Below, piece after piece: positions 29,701-44,400 of a stretch of DNA of 64,000 bases. How positions within the stretch are numbered: the stretch's first letter is position 1; each line of letters begins with the position of its first letter. Below the pieces are notes generated by a model. That model did no database searches, was not told where the DNA came from, and saw nothing but the letters and a program-made list of their open reading frames with translations. The position numbers and the translations under genes were made by a program. This stretch comes from Lingula anatina (Eukaryota; Animalia; Brachiopoda). The stretch spans positions 1,550,001 through 1,614,000 of the forward strand of contig CM120640.1 of the NCBI GenBank assembly GCA_051362555.1. The letters are read 5' to 3'.

Positions 29701-32700
29701 TAAGGGACAAGCTGAAGGAGACCCAGGCAGAGGTTCAGAAGGCAGAGGAGGAGTTCAAGCAGATTGATGAGAAGATGAGGTCCATAGCTGATGGAGCTGA
29801 GCCACTCAAGGTAGCTTTTTTGTTTTGTTCACAAGTTTTAAACCAGTGTTTTTTTCTTTAAGGCAAATTTGAAAGTTATTGTATCAGTTTTTAAAATGAT
29901 GAGTTGATTTTTGGAAAGTTGTTTCACCAATTTTGAGTGAAGTTTTATTGTAAGTGGAATTGATAATACATGAACCTAGAGAAAAGATTGAATTGTGATG
30001 CATTCCTCGCACTGGGTCTTATTCTCTTTCAGGAAGAACTTGCTCATGCTGAAACCCAGATAGAGGTTGCGAAGTCAAACAAAAAACATTACGATGGCAA
30101 GATGAAGGAACATGAGAAAAAATTGAGCGATATTAAAAAATTGGTTGAAGCTAAAAAGAAGGAAATAGAGGTAAAGTATCAGTAAAATTTATTTCTTTTG
30201 TTAGTTAATAAAAATGTGTCTAAAAATTTTAAAATATGAAAACAACCCAGCTTGGACCTAACAGATTGCAGATATTTTTATGTACAGACACAGATGTGTC
30301 TGTACATATTGCCATCACCTGCGTCTGTCTTCGCCGATGGCGATGCCGATGGCGATGCCGTCGCCGTGCACTTTCCTTGTAAACACGATAAGTGGAGGGC
30401 AGTTTTGGCTTTATATTTACAGAGCTGGTGAATATTCATAAAACGCAGGTCAAGTTCGAAAATCAGCATGATCGGGCCATTATTGTAGAAGTTATGCTGT
30501 TTTTTCACTTTTCAGCATATTTTTCACATTTCCTCAGATTCAATTCTTAGGCATGTTAACAGTCTCATTATTAAACTAATAAGATACGTAAAAGTTTTTG
30601 TTTGACATTTCCTGCATCTTTACAACATTGTTAGTTGATTTTGTAAAAATGATGGCAAACTTGTTATCGTGTATTGTGTAATAAAGTTTCAAAAATGGAA
30701 ATTAACTCATATCATTGCAGTTTGTCAGATTCAATCATTCACTATGTTCAGAATCTCAGAATGGAAGAAATTGGACATTTAACACTGCTTTATTGATATT
30801 TTTCCCATCTCATCAATTTTCTAAGTTGATCATATAAAAATGGCAGTAAACTGTTAATTTTGTTTTATGTTAAAAATTGTTAAAAATGGGAAAAAAAACA
30901 TTTCAGAACAGTGCTGTCTTATTTACATTTTGGCATTTTCAAGTTGTGACTTTGAAGTTCCATGGGCCTGAAGACCTTTGCTAGTCACATTTTCTGAATA
31001 TCCATGATACTAATATTTTATTATTAAAAATTGATGGTCATTATGCTGTTAAACATTATGTAATATTGCATCAAAATTTGAAAAAAACCTATTTTGGGCA
31101 CTGCTCCCATGATGACCATTTAAGAAAAACCATGTCACTTACTGTTCTCAAACAGTACAGTAAATATATATATAGATGTGTCTGTACATAATGCCATCAC
31201 TTGCGTCTGTCGTCGCCGTCATCGCCGGCGCGGGCGCCGTGCACTTTCATTGTAAACATAAGTGGAAGGCAGTTTTACTTTTTGGCTTTATATTTACAGA
31301 GCTGATGAATATTCATAATACGCAGGTCAAGTTCGAAAATCAGCATGATCGGGCCATTATTGTAGAAGTTATGCTTTTTTATGTACAGACACAGATGTGT
31401 CTGTACATATTGCCATCACCTGCGTCTGTCGTCGCCGATGGCGATGCCGATGGCGATGCCGATGGCGATGGCGATGCCGTCGCCGTGCACTTTCCTTGTA
31501 AACACGATAAGTGGAGGGCAGTTTTACTTTTTGGCTTTATATTTACAGAGCTGATGAATATTCATAAAACGCAGGTCAAGTTCGAAAATCAGCATGATCG
31601 GGCCATTATTGTAGAAGTTATGCTGTTTTTTCACTTTTCAGCATATTTTTCACATTTCCTCAGATTCAATTCTTAGGCATGTTAACAGTCTCATTATTGA
31701 ACTAATAAGATACGTAAAAGTGTTTGTTTGACATTTCCTGCATCTTTACAACATTGTTAGTTGATTTTGTAAAAATGATGGTAAACTTGTTATCATGTAT
31801 TGTGTAATAAAGTGTCAAAAATGGAAATAAACACATATCATTGCAGTTTGTCAGATTCAATCATCCATTATGTTCAGAATCTCATAATGGAAGAAATTGG
31901 ACATTTAACACTATTCTAATGATATTTTTTCCATCTCATCAATTTTCTTACTTGATCATATAAAAATTGCAGTAAACTGTTTATTTTGTTTTATGTTAAA
32001 AAAAAGTGTTAATAAAAATGGAAATAAACCCATGTCAGAACAGTGCTGTCTTGTTTTATGATACTGTGGGTGAAAAGTTAACAGAAAAGCCAGAACTCTC
32101 TTAGGAAGATTCTATAAGCTCTCATCAAGAGGTTTCCCACTATCCCCAGTTCATTTGACTAATGTGATGCAGTGACCTAGAAATGTGCAACTAGAGACTG
32201 TTGCTAAGAGTGGAGAGATTAACAGAAAAGCCAGAACTCTCTTAGGAAGATTCTATAAGCTCTCATCAGGAGGTTTCCCACAATTCCCAGTTCATTTGAC
32301 TAATGAGATGCAGTGACCTAGAAATGTGCAACAAGAGACTTTGTGAAGGAGGCAATAGGTTTACAGAAGAAGCTTGGTAAGTTGTTAATTTTAGTTTAAT
32401 GTTAGTATTTAAGAGGAGTTATTTATACTACTATCAGAAACAATTAAGGATCAAAAATAAAGCAAAAAATCCTTATCAACAGTTGAAAAGATCATACATA
32501 CATAACATCAGACACTGAAGATGTTTATGTCAAATCTGTATCCTAAAGCTCTATAGTATTTGAAACTGTGCATAACTTTTAGAGATGTGCACCAACACTA
32601 TTCACGACTAAAGAAAGTTAAGAATAGCTATGTGAAAAATGTCATTAAATGGTAATGGTGTCTTGCCTTTCTGAATTGATGCCACATTTTTTTATTGGGG

Positions 32701-35700
32701 AGAATTTGCCTTTTATTGATTCAAAGGATAATGCATTTGTTTTATGGTGTTGAACAGCATGTGTACTTTGCTCCAAAAGGGGGTCAAGGGTTATCCTGTG
32801 TTACAGTACTAGTAAGTACTAACATTACTGGTGATATTTTAATATACTTGTAGTAACCATAGTTTCTTCTCAACATTGTGGCTGATAAAAAGTGAAGGAG
32901 TATGTTTGTGATATAAAGAGCATCAATGCTAGATTGAATAATTGTAAGTTGAATTTATATAATATTATATTTCTTCCAGCTCACAGTTGAAGTTAGCAGC
33001 AATTCAGTTGAAGCTTCACAGAATAATAAGTGTGGCAATAGAATGTAAGTATCTTTGTTTAAATCATTGGCATTTAAGTCTCACGATCATCAAAAAACCA
33101 GAAATATGCATTTGATGTAGATAGCTAAATACTAGAATTCAAGTATATAGAAAAGGCAATACTTTAACATCTAGGCAGATACTAAATTGCAGGCAGTATG
33201 TAGGTTGGTTATTGAAGCAACAGAATAGATGGACCACTGACAAGCAGATCTGTCCACTAAATATGTTAAATTCCTTAATGGTCTTCTTGCCCCCACACGC
33301 CACAACTGCAGCAGCCTAATAATTAAACCCGGACTGAGGTTAAATCGGTTTAAGGGCACATATGGAGGCGGTGAGACCTTCAGGATTCAGAGCTATCACT
33401 TTTAAAGGCCTACTGCGCTCTAGGAACACACAGCGTTCACTGCTTTTTTTACAGTATAAAAACTATAAATCCACGTCAAAAAATTGTTCTTTTTAAGTTT
33501 TAGAGAGAAAAGATGAGATTTAGATGAGAAAATTCTGATTGGTCAGTTTCTAGTGACGTAACCTGGGTAGTAGCTTCCCACAGCTGTACTAGTAATAGTA
33601 TATACTATGCAGTAGGTGACTAAACATCCAGGTGTCAGAAAAACAAAATGCCGCAAAGTTGTGTTGCTCCCGGGTGCCGTAATGTAGGTTACGATAAGAA
33701 AGACATCTGCTATTATATCCTGCCTGCGGATGCCGCAAAACGTAAAATTTGGCTCAATTCTCTGAAGTTAAAAAATCGCAGCACAGTGTCAAAACACGCG
33801 AGGATCTGTAGCGACCACTTCGAGCCGGAATGCTTCGTACGTGACTTGCGAGCTGAATTGTGCGGTGGAAAAGCACGGAGAAAACTAAAAGATGATGCTG
33901 TACCCAGTATATTCGATTTTTCGGAGTACCAAAATGCGACAGTAAATGCCAGAGCGCTGCCGACGAGAGTCTTACCTGTAGGATGTGTGCATGATGCGGC
34001 CGTCGAAAGGAAGAAGAGAGCAGCTTCTAGAGCCCAAAAAAAGTTCTTAGCAGAATTACGTTGTCGAATTTTCTGGTTATTTTAGTGAAAACTTTAATAT
34101 TAACATGATAGTGGACTCAAATTTTTACTCGACATACTGCTGCACTGATCATGTGTAAGGCGTAAGTAGCGAGGTAAGTTGCAGAGGTGTGAAATGTAGT
34201 GTCTGATGCTATCAGTCCGATATCTTTGGCCTTTTGTCCACTGCCCTGGCTCTCCCGGAATGACACGGGTAAACTGCACGGGTGTGAGAAATAATGTTAG
34301 CTGTCACACCTGCATTATAAGGTAACTTTCTCTTATCAGTCGGGATAAGAACGTTCAGCCGACGCGACAGATGGGCATGTGTGAAAAACTATGTTCGCTG
34401 CCCTGATTCCAAACCTTTACTGTTAACAAAGTTTTGGTGTATTTTGTTGGTTAATAAATGATAACCACGTAGGGAATTAATCTTCTTTTGTGTATCCATC
34501 TTCAAAAGTTTGAATTTATAAATGATCATGTAGTAATCAATTGCGTGTATCGCTTTTAGTTTGCACTGCTAGCAAGCGGATAGCTGAATCGGATATGGCT
34601 TTCTGAGCCTCGACGCAAGTGACGTCACTCGCCTCAAAGCGCCACCATGCGGGAGTATCATAAACTTAATTCACACCTGCATAAAATCGGCTTTAAAAAC
34701 TAAATAAACGTAAGAACTTTTTTTCATTACTCAAAAATGACTTTTGGGCACCTAATGGATAGTTTTAACCCGTTTTTTCATCACAGTATACCTTTAAAGT
34801 GGGGTCAGCCCTATTTAGTTGGCGGATCTGCTAGTTGGCGGATCATATTGTTTTGAATGGGACCTACATTGCACCATATATTTCAATATCTTCAATATCG
34901 TCTATTTTTTATTATTGACTCTATTGATCATATTCTGTTCATTTTACCTCTGTAAAATCTACTGAACATTTTATATGGATTTTAGACTGTAAATAAATAT
35001 TACTATTATTAATATTATTATTATTATATGCTATATATTTTTGGAGTAACCATGGTTTCTTCTCAACAATGTGGAGCTGATCAAAAGTAAAGGAATATGT
35101 TTCTGATATAAAGAGTATCAATGCTAGATCAAATTATATTCAGTTGAGTTTATATAATATTTTATTAGTACCACCAGAGTATACGCTGGCGGTACTCATG
35201 GTTTTAGTCCTGACCCGTCTCGTACAGCTTCGCCGGCTCCGCTGGCTCCGCAGTCGAGCGCCGGAAACAAGTCACCGTTACCGCTTCTCCTCCTAGACCT
35301 CCAGGACCTGTGTCCCCACCTCTTGGATTTAGGTCACATATAATCTCAACTTGAACACCCTGGTTTTTTTGTCTCTGTCGGTGCATTGGCCTGGGCGTGA
35401 CACTTGTTGAAACGCACCCTTGTCAAAATTTTTGAAAATTCAAGGCTAAATATCTCCCAAACCAAAGGAATTATGGGAAAAATTACTAAAGACGTCGAAC
35501 CGAAAGTCAAATGTAGAGATTCCAAATATGCCCTTGGATTTGACTATTGACCTTTTTTTCAAGGTGAAACAAGCCAAAATTTTCTAAAAATGGGAATTTT
35601 CTGCAAAAAAATATTTGTTTGTGCTATTTTTTGGAAACTACACAGATCTAAGCTCTCCTGTTATAGTGAGGGGTTACAATTGGGGACTCCTTTCATCTTT

Positions 35701-37324
35701 GGGAGTTTGGGGTCAATCGGTGCATTTTCACGGGAGAAGCAGTCAATTAGATACCGCAACTGAAAACTTGCTTTTATTCTGGAATGGTAAATGCCAGAGA
35801 CTTTTTGTTCATTGCATTTTGTAGAACTTGTCAAGTGCAATACTGGAGTTGGTGTCCATTTTTTTGTTTTCGATATGGTTTAGGCATTGCACTATATCAA
35901 AAATTACAACATCGCAATATTCAGTGGGGAAAATATTAAATATTCCAAAATTAGCAGAGATATGCCCATAGTTACTATTGAACTTGAATAGGAAGTCATA
36001 TACTGGTAATCTAACTGTGACCTTTAAATTGACCTTTGACCCACTTTTCATCATGAACTGAACTTTGCAAATTTTCTAGCCCTTATATCTCCAACATTGG
36101 CAAAAAAATGCCCATAGCTACTATTGAACTTATATAGGAAGTCATATACTGTGACCTTGAAATTGACCCTTGACCTACTTTTTTACCACAAACTGAACTC
36201 TGCATATTTTCTTGCCCTTCATATCTTCAAAACTAGCAGAGATCTGCCCAGTGTTGTTCCTAGGTTTTCTCTTTTGTCAGCATTCCGGTATATGCATTAC
36301 TGATAATGCATTTCAAGGAAAACCAATAGGCCTATTGTCTAGAAAATCACAGGAGTGATCAGTGTTAGGAAAATACAAGTTAATTTGGACATCTCCTTGA
36401 TTGGACCATTTTAACTGTTATGTTTTTTCGATTTTTTTTTTTTTTTTGCATATTTTGAGAACTCTTGTTTATTGCATTTTATAGAGCTTGTCGAGCACAA
36501 GACTGGTGGTGGTGTTCAATTTTTTTTTTTTTTTTTTTTTTTTGGGGGGGGTCCATACGAATGCGCTTACTCCAGCTGGTGGTACAATATCCAGAGGCGG
36601 TATCACCTCTCTGATCCTCTAGTTTTTTCCAGTTCCCAGTTGAAGTTACTTATTCAGTCAGTTACCCACTCAGTCAATTGCACCTTGTCAGGATAATTAG
36701 TGTGGCAATAAAATGTGAGTATTGTTTTAGATACTTGTCATTTAAGTCTCAAGATCATCTAAGTACCAGCAATGTGCACTTTATATAGATAGCTACTAGC
36801 AGCCATGTACATACTGAGGCAATACTTTTGGATAGGTAAATACTTAATTGTTGGCAATATGTGGGTTGGTTATTGAAGCAACAGAATAGAGGGACCACTG
36901 ACAAGCAGATCCATCCACTAAATATGTTTTACCCCACTTCAAAAGCCATGCCATTTATTCCTTAATGGTCTTCTCGCCCCCACACACGCCACAACTGCAG
37001 GGGCCTAATAATTAAACCCGGACACGTGGTTAAATCTGTTTGAGGGAACATGTGGAGGATGTGAGACCTTCGGGATTCAGCGCTATCACTTTTAAAGTGG
37101 GGTCAGCCCTATTTAGTTGGCAGATCTGCTAGTTGGCGAATCATCTTGTTTTGAATGGGACCTACAGTATATATTTATTTACATTGCACCATATATTTCA
37201 ATATCTTTAAGTTTATATCATAACTGTCTATTTTTTATTATGGACTCTATTGGTCATATTCTGTTCATTTACCTTTGTAAAATCTACTGAACATTTTATG
37301 TATGGATTTTAGACTGTAAATAAA

Positions 37325-37368
<44 letters not shown>

Positions 37369-39616
37369 GCTATATATTTTTTTAGTAACCATAGTTTCTT
37401 TTCAGCAATGTGGAGCTTATTAAAAGTAAAGGAATATGTTTCTGATATAAAGAGCATCAATGCTAGATTAAATAATAGTCAGTTGAGTTTATATAATATT
37501 CTATTTCTTCCAGTTCTCAGTTGAAGTTACTCAGTCAGTCAGTTACTCAGTCAGCCAATTGCATCTTGTCAGGATAATTAGTGTATCAGTAGAATGTAAG
37601 TATTGTTTTAGATACTTGTCATTTAAATCTCAAAATCATCTTAGTACCAGCAGTGTGCACTTTATATTGATAGCTACTAGCAGGCAAGTACATACCGAGG
37701 CAATACTTTTACATAGGTAGATACTTAATTGTTGGCAATATGTGGGTTGGTTATTGAAGCAACAGAATAGATGGTCCACCATAGTTCAATATCTTTACAG
37801 TGTTTCCCCTGGCTTTCAAGCTCTGCGAGGTGGTAGTCAGTCCGCGTTCCCAGCAAAACTAGGGGGGTCTGGGGCATGCCCCCCCCCCCCTAAAATTTTT
37901 TTAATTGAGGTGCAATTTGGTGCATTTTCGGGCATTGAGAACTGATTTTTTTACATTTTTTGTGGCACTGAATTGTTTTGTTTTAGATGTTTTGAGGAGT
38001 AAATTCAGTAATAACATAACAAAGGCTTGGACAAAATTTATTTTCTAGTCTGTGCATTCACTTAGTCCTTTACAGTTTACAAATATCTCACAATCATCTT
38101 TGGCATGCTTTACTCTTCTGTTGGAGTTCCTCAAATAAAAGGAGCGCACCAAAATCTGTCCAAAATCTGTTTCCTTATGGTTTTTGCCAAAACCTGAAAA
38201 TCTTATAAAGGCAGAGAGGTGATCCTTCTCCAGTCTGTTTCTCAGAGCGGTCCTCACCTGAAAAACCAAAACACATGAGAATAAAGCAACAAGCATAAGA
38301 AATAGCATCCTGTGTCAATCTTGAAGTTTAAGGTTCAGCAGCTGCAGTTCCTATAACGCTAATTAAAACTTTCAAAAATTAACAACATACTCTTTAAAAA
38401 AAAAGTTAACTACTTTAATAATATAAGAAACAAGAAAAAGGGCTTACTACATTGAATTATTTTTGAATTGACCAAAAAGTTGATAAAATATGTTGTTCTT
38501 ACCGTTTTCACCTTTCTGAAAGTAACTGGTCAATTGACTTTGCAGGTGGGAGCGCATCATCCTCATATAAAACTGCTTCAAAAAGTTCTCTCTCGTGTCA
38601 TTCAGCGCAAAGCGATTCCCGCTACTAGTTATAGGGCATACGTAGTTTGAGATGAAATTTATAATCAACAGCTTCAAACACGTGAAATGAATAATTCAGA
38701 ATTAAAGAGACCAAAATCACACTTATCATCAATTTGAGTTCTTCGTTTGTTCATATAAATTGTTCTATTCAGTCATGGAAATTCATATTCAATACATGGG
38801 TTTCCACGCGAAATACTGACTTGACCCAGTTGTACAACCGACTGCTTTCATATAACTAAACCGTAAATCAATAGAAAATCTTCTCCAAGTTTATAAAATC
38901 AACAAAGTCCACTTAATTTGCTCCATTTTTATCAGTGAATATATGCAAACTATAAAAACAAACAACAGGTGGTCTGAATTTCGGAACATGAAGTGACAGA
39001 GAAAGTGTGTTCTTGACATGTGACTAAATGTTGTAGAGAACAGTTGCCTCGTTTCGCTCTGTCTCTTATATTTTAAATAAGACACAGAACTGCGAAAACC
39101 ATACACTCACAGGAAGATATTAACTGGTGGTTTTTAGACATCTGCGTATGCGTATTTCCGTTACTACTAAATCAAGTGCTCAGAAACATGGGATTACATA
39201 TGTAAACAGAATGCCATATATATATATATATATATATATTTGCTATAGAAATAAATTTAATTTTCAGGCATGAGTGAAAATATACTTTGTTGTTACATTC
39301 AGCCCAGCGAGGCAATGCTTTTGACAAATTTCAGCGAGGCAGGCGCCTCACTCATTTAAGTGCAGGGGAAACACTGCTTTATATCTTAACTGTCTATTTT
39401 TTATTATTGATTTTATTGATCATATTCTGTTCATTTAACCTCTGTAAAATCTACTGAACATTTTATATATGGATTTTAGACTAAATAAATATTATTATTA
39501 TTATATGCTATATATTTTTTGAGTAACCATAGTTTCTTTTCAGCAATGTGGAGTTTATGAAAAGTAAAGGAATATGTTTCTGATATAAAGAGCATCAATG
39601 CTAGACTGTAAATAAA

Positions 39617-39657
<41 letters not shown>

Positions 39658-41366
39658 GGCGCTATATTTTTTTGAGTAACCATAGTTTCTTCTCAACAAT
39701 GTGGAGCTGATCAAAAGTAAAGGAATATTTCTGTGATATTAAGAGCATCAATGCTAGATTAAATAATAGTCAATTGAGTTTATATAATATTTTATTTCTT
39801 CCAGTTCCCAGTTAAAGTTACACATTCAGTCAGTTACCCACTCAGTCAATTGCACCTTGTCAGGATAATTAGTGTGGCAATAGAATGTAAGTATTGTTTT
39901 AGATACTTGTCATTTAAGTCTCAAGATCATCTAAGTACCAGCAATGTGCACTTTATATAGATAGCTACTAGCAGGCAAGTACATACTGAGGCAATACTTT
40001 TGGATAGGTAAATACTTAATTATTGGCAATATGTGGGTTGGTTATTTTGAAACATCAAGCCTTTATGGCAATTTTTATAACTTAAATATAATACTGTTGT
40101 ATACTTTCCTGAAATCTGAAATGTCAGTTTCCACTGATTGATTTTTGCAAATATGAAAAAAGGCTCAAAAAGTTTACACCATTTTTGTTCATGACTGATT
40201 GTTCACATTTGAAGGTTGCTTTTGAATACATAATAGACCCTTAATTAGTTCATCTGTCTAAAATGTGCAATTTACAGGTGTTTGGTACAGAAATGGGGAC
40301 CAGATTAGTGTCGGGTTGAATTAACTTGTCACCCAGAGCATCAGTGAGCATATTGAACACTGTTGTGCTAAGAGTATCACGTAGATCCCTACAGAGGGAA
40401 TGCGTTACTAGTAGCAGCCCTTTTATAAATAAAAATATCCTTTTAATTTAGTGCGCATTTACTTCATAGTATGATTGTCAAAGGTAACCATCAATACCAC
40501 ACTTGAGCATCTTATAGACGAGACCAGTTATTTTTCCCTCTCCATATAAAAAGGTACTGTTTGGTTTATAAATGGATTAAGCTTCCAAGCAGAGACTCCC
40601 CAGCATTTATCCAAGTCAGCTAAAGATAACTTATTATGAATATTCCCTTTGAAGATTAATTGCAATGTTTACGTTCATCATAAGGAGATCAACAATTTTA
40701 ATATTTCTTATATAATAAGAATATTTCTTAATGGATAGATCAATGTTCATTTAATAACCCATACAAGTAGCTCTTTTGTTAACTGTTCTTCACCTTTTAT
40801 AACTTCTGTGCAGCAATCTTAGAGTTTTTTTTAAACTGGTGTCACTTTATCCTTGTTTTAGTTTTGACATGTTTCAATGTGCAAATTGTGACTGCTGATT
40901 TTATATCTTCTGACTAAAATAATAAGTACTTTCATTTATCAAATGTACCAAGTTCCCTTATCCATGTTTTGTTCTAGCAATTAGGTTGTAATTTAGTTAC
41001 TTTGTAAAAATCCATCCAGGTATTTACAGATATTCTGTATATAATGAAGTGTTATGTATCATTGCACTTCTTTTTCCGTAGCTGTGGCTTACTAATTTCA
41101 CTTGTTTTCTGACAACTTGATAATAACAAATCAATTCATATTTAAAAAGAGTAGCTTAAAGCAGGTATGAACATGTTCCAAAAGTCCCTATTTTCTTCTG
41201 TCTTTTCTTTTTCAATTTAACCTTAATAACTAAAAAAAACTTAAATAATATATTTTTTAGCATACCTGATGCTCTTAGTTTACATTTCTGAGCTTTGGCA
41301 TCTTAAGACAAATAAAACTACAAGACTCAATATAAACCTGCTCGATGCTGGAAGTGGAAACTTGGC

Positions 41367-41409
<43 letters not shown>

Positions 41410-44400
41410 ATGTGTAGTTGTGTAATCTGTAATAACAGAAATATGCTGGGCACAACAAATATTATGCTTTGCAAGGAATCCAATATTAGATTATTCTGGC
41501 TCATTTAAAATGGAATAAAACATTGTATCTAAGGATCCGTTCTCATTAAAAATCCAAATTCCAAAAATCCATTGGAGGTATCTAGTATTTACAGTCTGTG
41601 TCCTGAATACCCCGTGTTATAATTAACTTGTATTTTGTAAAACAACATCAAAAGGCATATGTGAATACATTCTTCTGTCTGCTTTCTCTGCTGTATATAA
41701 ATGGGACTGATAAATATTAGTAGGTTAGATAAGTAGTCCAAATTAACCATCAGTTTAAATGTAGTTTAAGGCTCTTTTATTGTTGATGAAGTGATTAATT
41801 TGTTTTGTCCATTGGCATGTCAACTTCATTTCTGTTATACAAGTAACTAGTAGAGGTGGATTACATGTATTACTGGGGATGCACACTCCATCGACATGTA
41901 CCTTTAATTACAGAATCAAAACATCAGTAAATGATGTTTTTGTTTGATAATGTTTTATTTTCAGTGCACTTGTTAGTCTTGGTAGTTTGTTAAGGGCCTC
42001 TTAAGCAGTTGCACTCGAAAGAAACTGTTTACAACTCTCTCAGTTTCTATTATAGTTTGCCCCTTCCAACCATCTTAATGGATATGTATAACTTTTAGCC
42101 AATAAATATGTATTTTTTCATATTTCTAGATGCCTATATTGAAAAAACAAAGCATGGTCCAAAGAAGGGCACATCAGAAGAAGATGATCGAGAAAAGTCG
42201 CAAGAGGGTGACTAAGGATGCCACGTCTACTATTGTGCCTGCTTCGGCAGGCACGCCCACCTTGGTGGGCTCTGTGAAAAACTGTGAAATTACTGTGAAA
42301 AACTGTGAAAATACTGTGAAAAACTGTGAAATTACTGTGAAAAACTGTGAAATTACTGAGAAAAGCAGTGAAAATACTGAAAAAAAGCAGTGAAATTACT
42401 GAAAAAAACTGTGAAATTACTGAAAATACTGAGATTACACAAATTACTGAAAAAAACAGTGAATTTACTGAAAAAAAAAGTGAAATTACTGAAATCACTG
42501 AAAAAGGTGAAAATACTGCAATTATTGAAAAGACTGAATTTCCTGAACACACTGAGATGCCCATTGCTTCAGATGTTACTGTTCATGCAGCTTATACAGA
42601 TGCTTCAGATAAGACAGATGCCACAGTTGACACAGCCTATCCTGTCAGTTTGAGTGCCACTGATGCCCCTGGTCATTCAAGTAAGTCTATAATATATTCA
42701 GAACATTTTTCACCATCATATAAGTCTGTAAAATCTAACATGCCAGTCAACCCAAAGCTATCAACGGTACCCCACAAATTAAAGAAAACATCACAACAAT
42801 CAGTAGTTTTTCCTGAAATTCAAAAAAATGAACCCAATATGGTAACATTAAAAACATCCTTAAAACCTTTGGAAAAAAGTGTTCAATATTCAAAAATGGG
42901 TTCAATGAAGAAGGTACCATTAACAAAACACACTGGTAATACCATTACCTCTGATTCTATTTCATCCATTTTTGATAAAACAAATTTGCACAAACCCCAT
43001 TTGAAAAGACTACATGATGAAATGAAGAGGCAGTTAAAATGGACAGAAGACAAACAACAAAGCAAAATTGACGCAGTGAATAAAACTTTTTTGGATACCT
43101 CACTTACGGGAACCAGTAGCACTGACAGAAATATATTGAAAAGAGAGAAAAATCAGGATGCAACTTCTTAGATCAGGATGCAACTTCTTAGATCTGATCC
43201 ACAGTACAGGAAAGCTGAACAAAATGCTCAAAGAATAACACGTTCTCAGTCCGATGTGAAAAAGCAAATTCAAAAACAAAAACACTTGAAAAGGTCTGAT
43301 CCAGAGTACAGAAAAAACGAACAACAATCTCAGAGGCTAAAACGTTCTCAGGTCGATGAGAAGAGCAAAATTTTAAAGTACAATCAGTTGAAAAGGTCTG
43401 ATCCACAGTATAGGAAAAGTGAACAAGAATCTCACAGACTAAAACGTTCTCAGGTCGATGAGAAGAGCAAAATTTTAAAGTACAATCAGTTGAAAAGGTC
43501 TGATCCACAGTATAGGAAAAGTGAACAAGAATCTCGGAGACTAAAACGTTCTCAGTTCGATGAGAAGAGCAAAATTTTAAAGTACAATCAGTTGAAAAGG
43601 TCTGATCCACAGTATAGGAAAAGTGAACAGGAATCTCAGAGACTAAAACGTTCTCAGGTCAATGAGAAGAGCAAAATTTTAAAGTACAATCAGTTGAAAA
43701 GGTCTGATCCACAGTATAGGAAAAGTGAACAAGAATCTCGGAGACTAAAACGTTCTCAGGTCGATGAGAAGAGCAAAATTTTAAAGTACAACCAGTTGAA
43801 AAGGTCTGATCCACAGTTCAGGAAGCGCGCACAAGAATCTCAGAGACTAAAACGTTCTCAGGTCAATGAGAAGAGCAAAATTTTAAAGTACAATCAGTTG
43901 AAAAGGTCTGATCCACATTATAGGAAAAAGGAACAAGAATCTCACAGACTAAAACGTTCTCAGGTCGATGAGAAGAGCAAAATTTTAAAGTACAATCAGT
44001 TGAAAAGGTCTGATCCACAGTATAGGAAAAAGGAACAAGAATCTCAGAGACTAAAACGCTCTCAGTCTGATATGAAGACCAAAATTCTGAAACACAAGCA
44101 CTTGAAAAGGTCTGATCCTTATTACAAAGTAACTGAGAGAAGTAAAAAAAGGTTAAAAAGATCTGATCCAGAATTCAGAAAACACGAAAGAAAATCTGAT
44201 TCATTTGCTAAATGTAATAAGAGACAGAAAATCAATACCAATCTTCAACAGTTAATACAACAATTCCACAAAAAAGTTGCTGAAGGTTGTACTTACACAT
44301 GTTGTATATGTCAACAACTTTGGTACAGACATACTGTGATAAATTCAGAGTCTATCATGAATTTAGAAAATAATGCAGTTAAACATTGCAAAGAAACTGG

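Larger units (their letters stand above)
32850..40050 (+). repeat. 0.7-0.9-kb tandem repeats in the Helentron 5' region, interrupted by three insertions
   Basis: Recurring blocks such as GAGCATCAATGCTAGA, GGTTATTGAAGCAACAGAATAG and AAGTGGGGTCAGCCC. Confidence 0.85.

Noticed and set aside
37201-37220. CTTTAAGTTTA as an excision footprint of the hAT5-like element
   Set aside because: Too short and AT-rich to distinguish from ordinary repeat divergence
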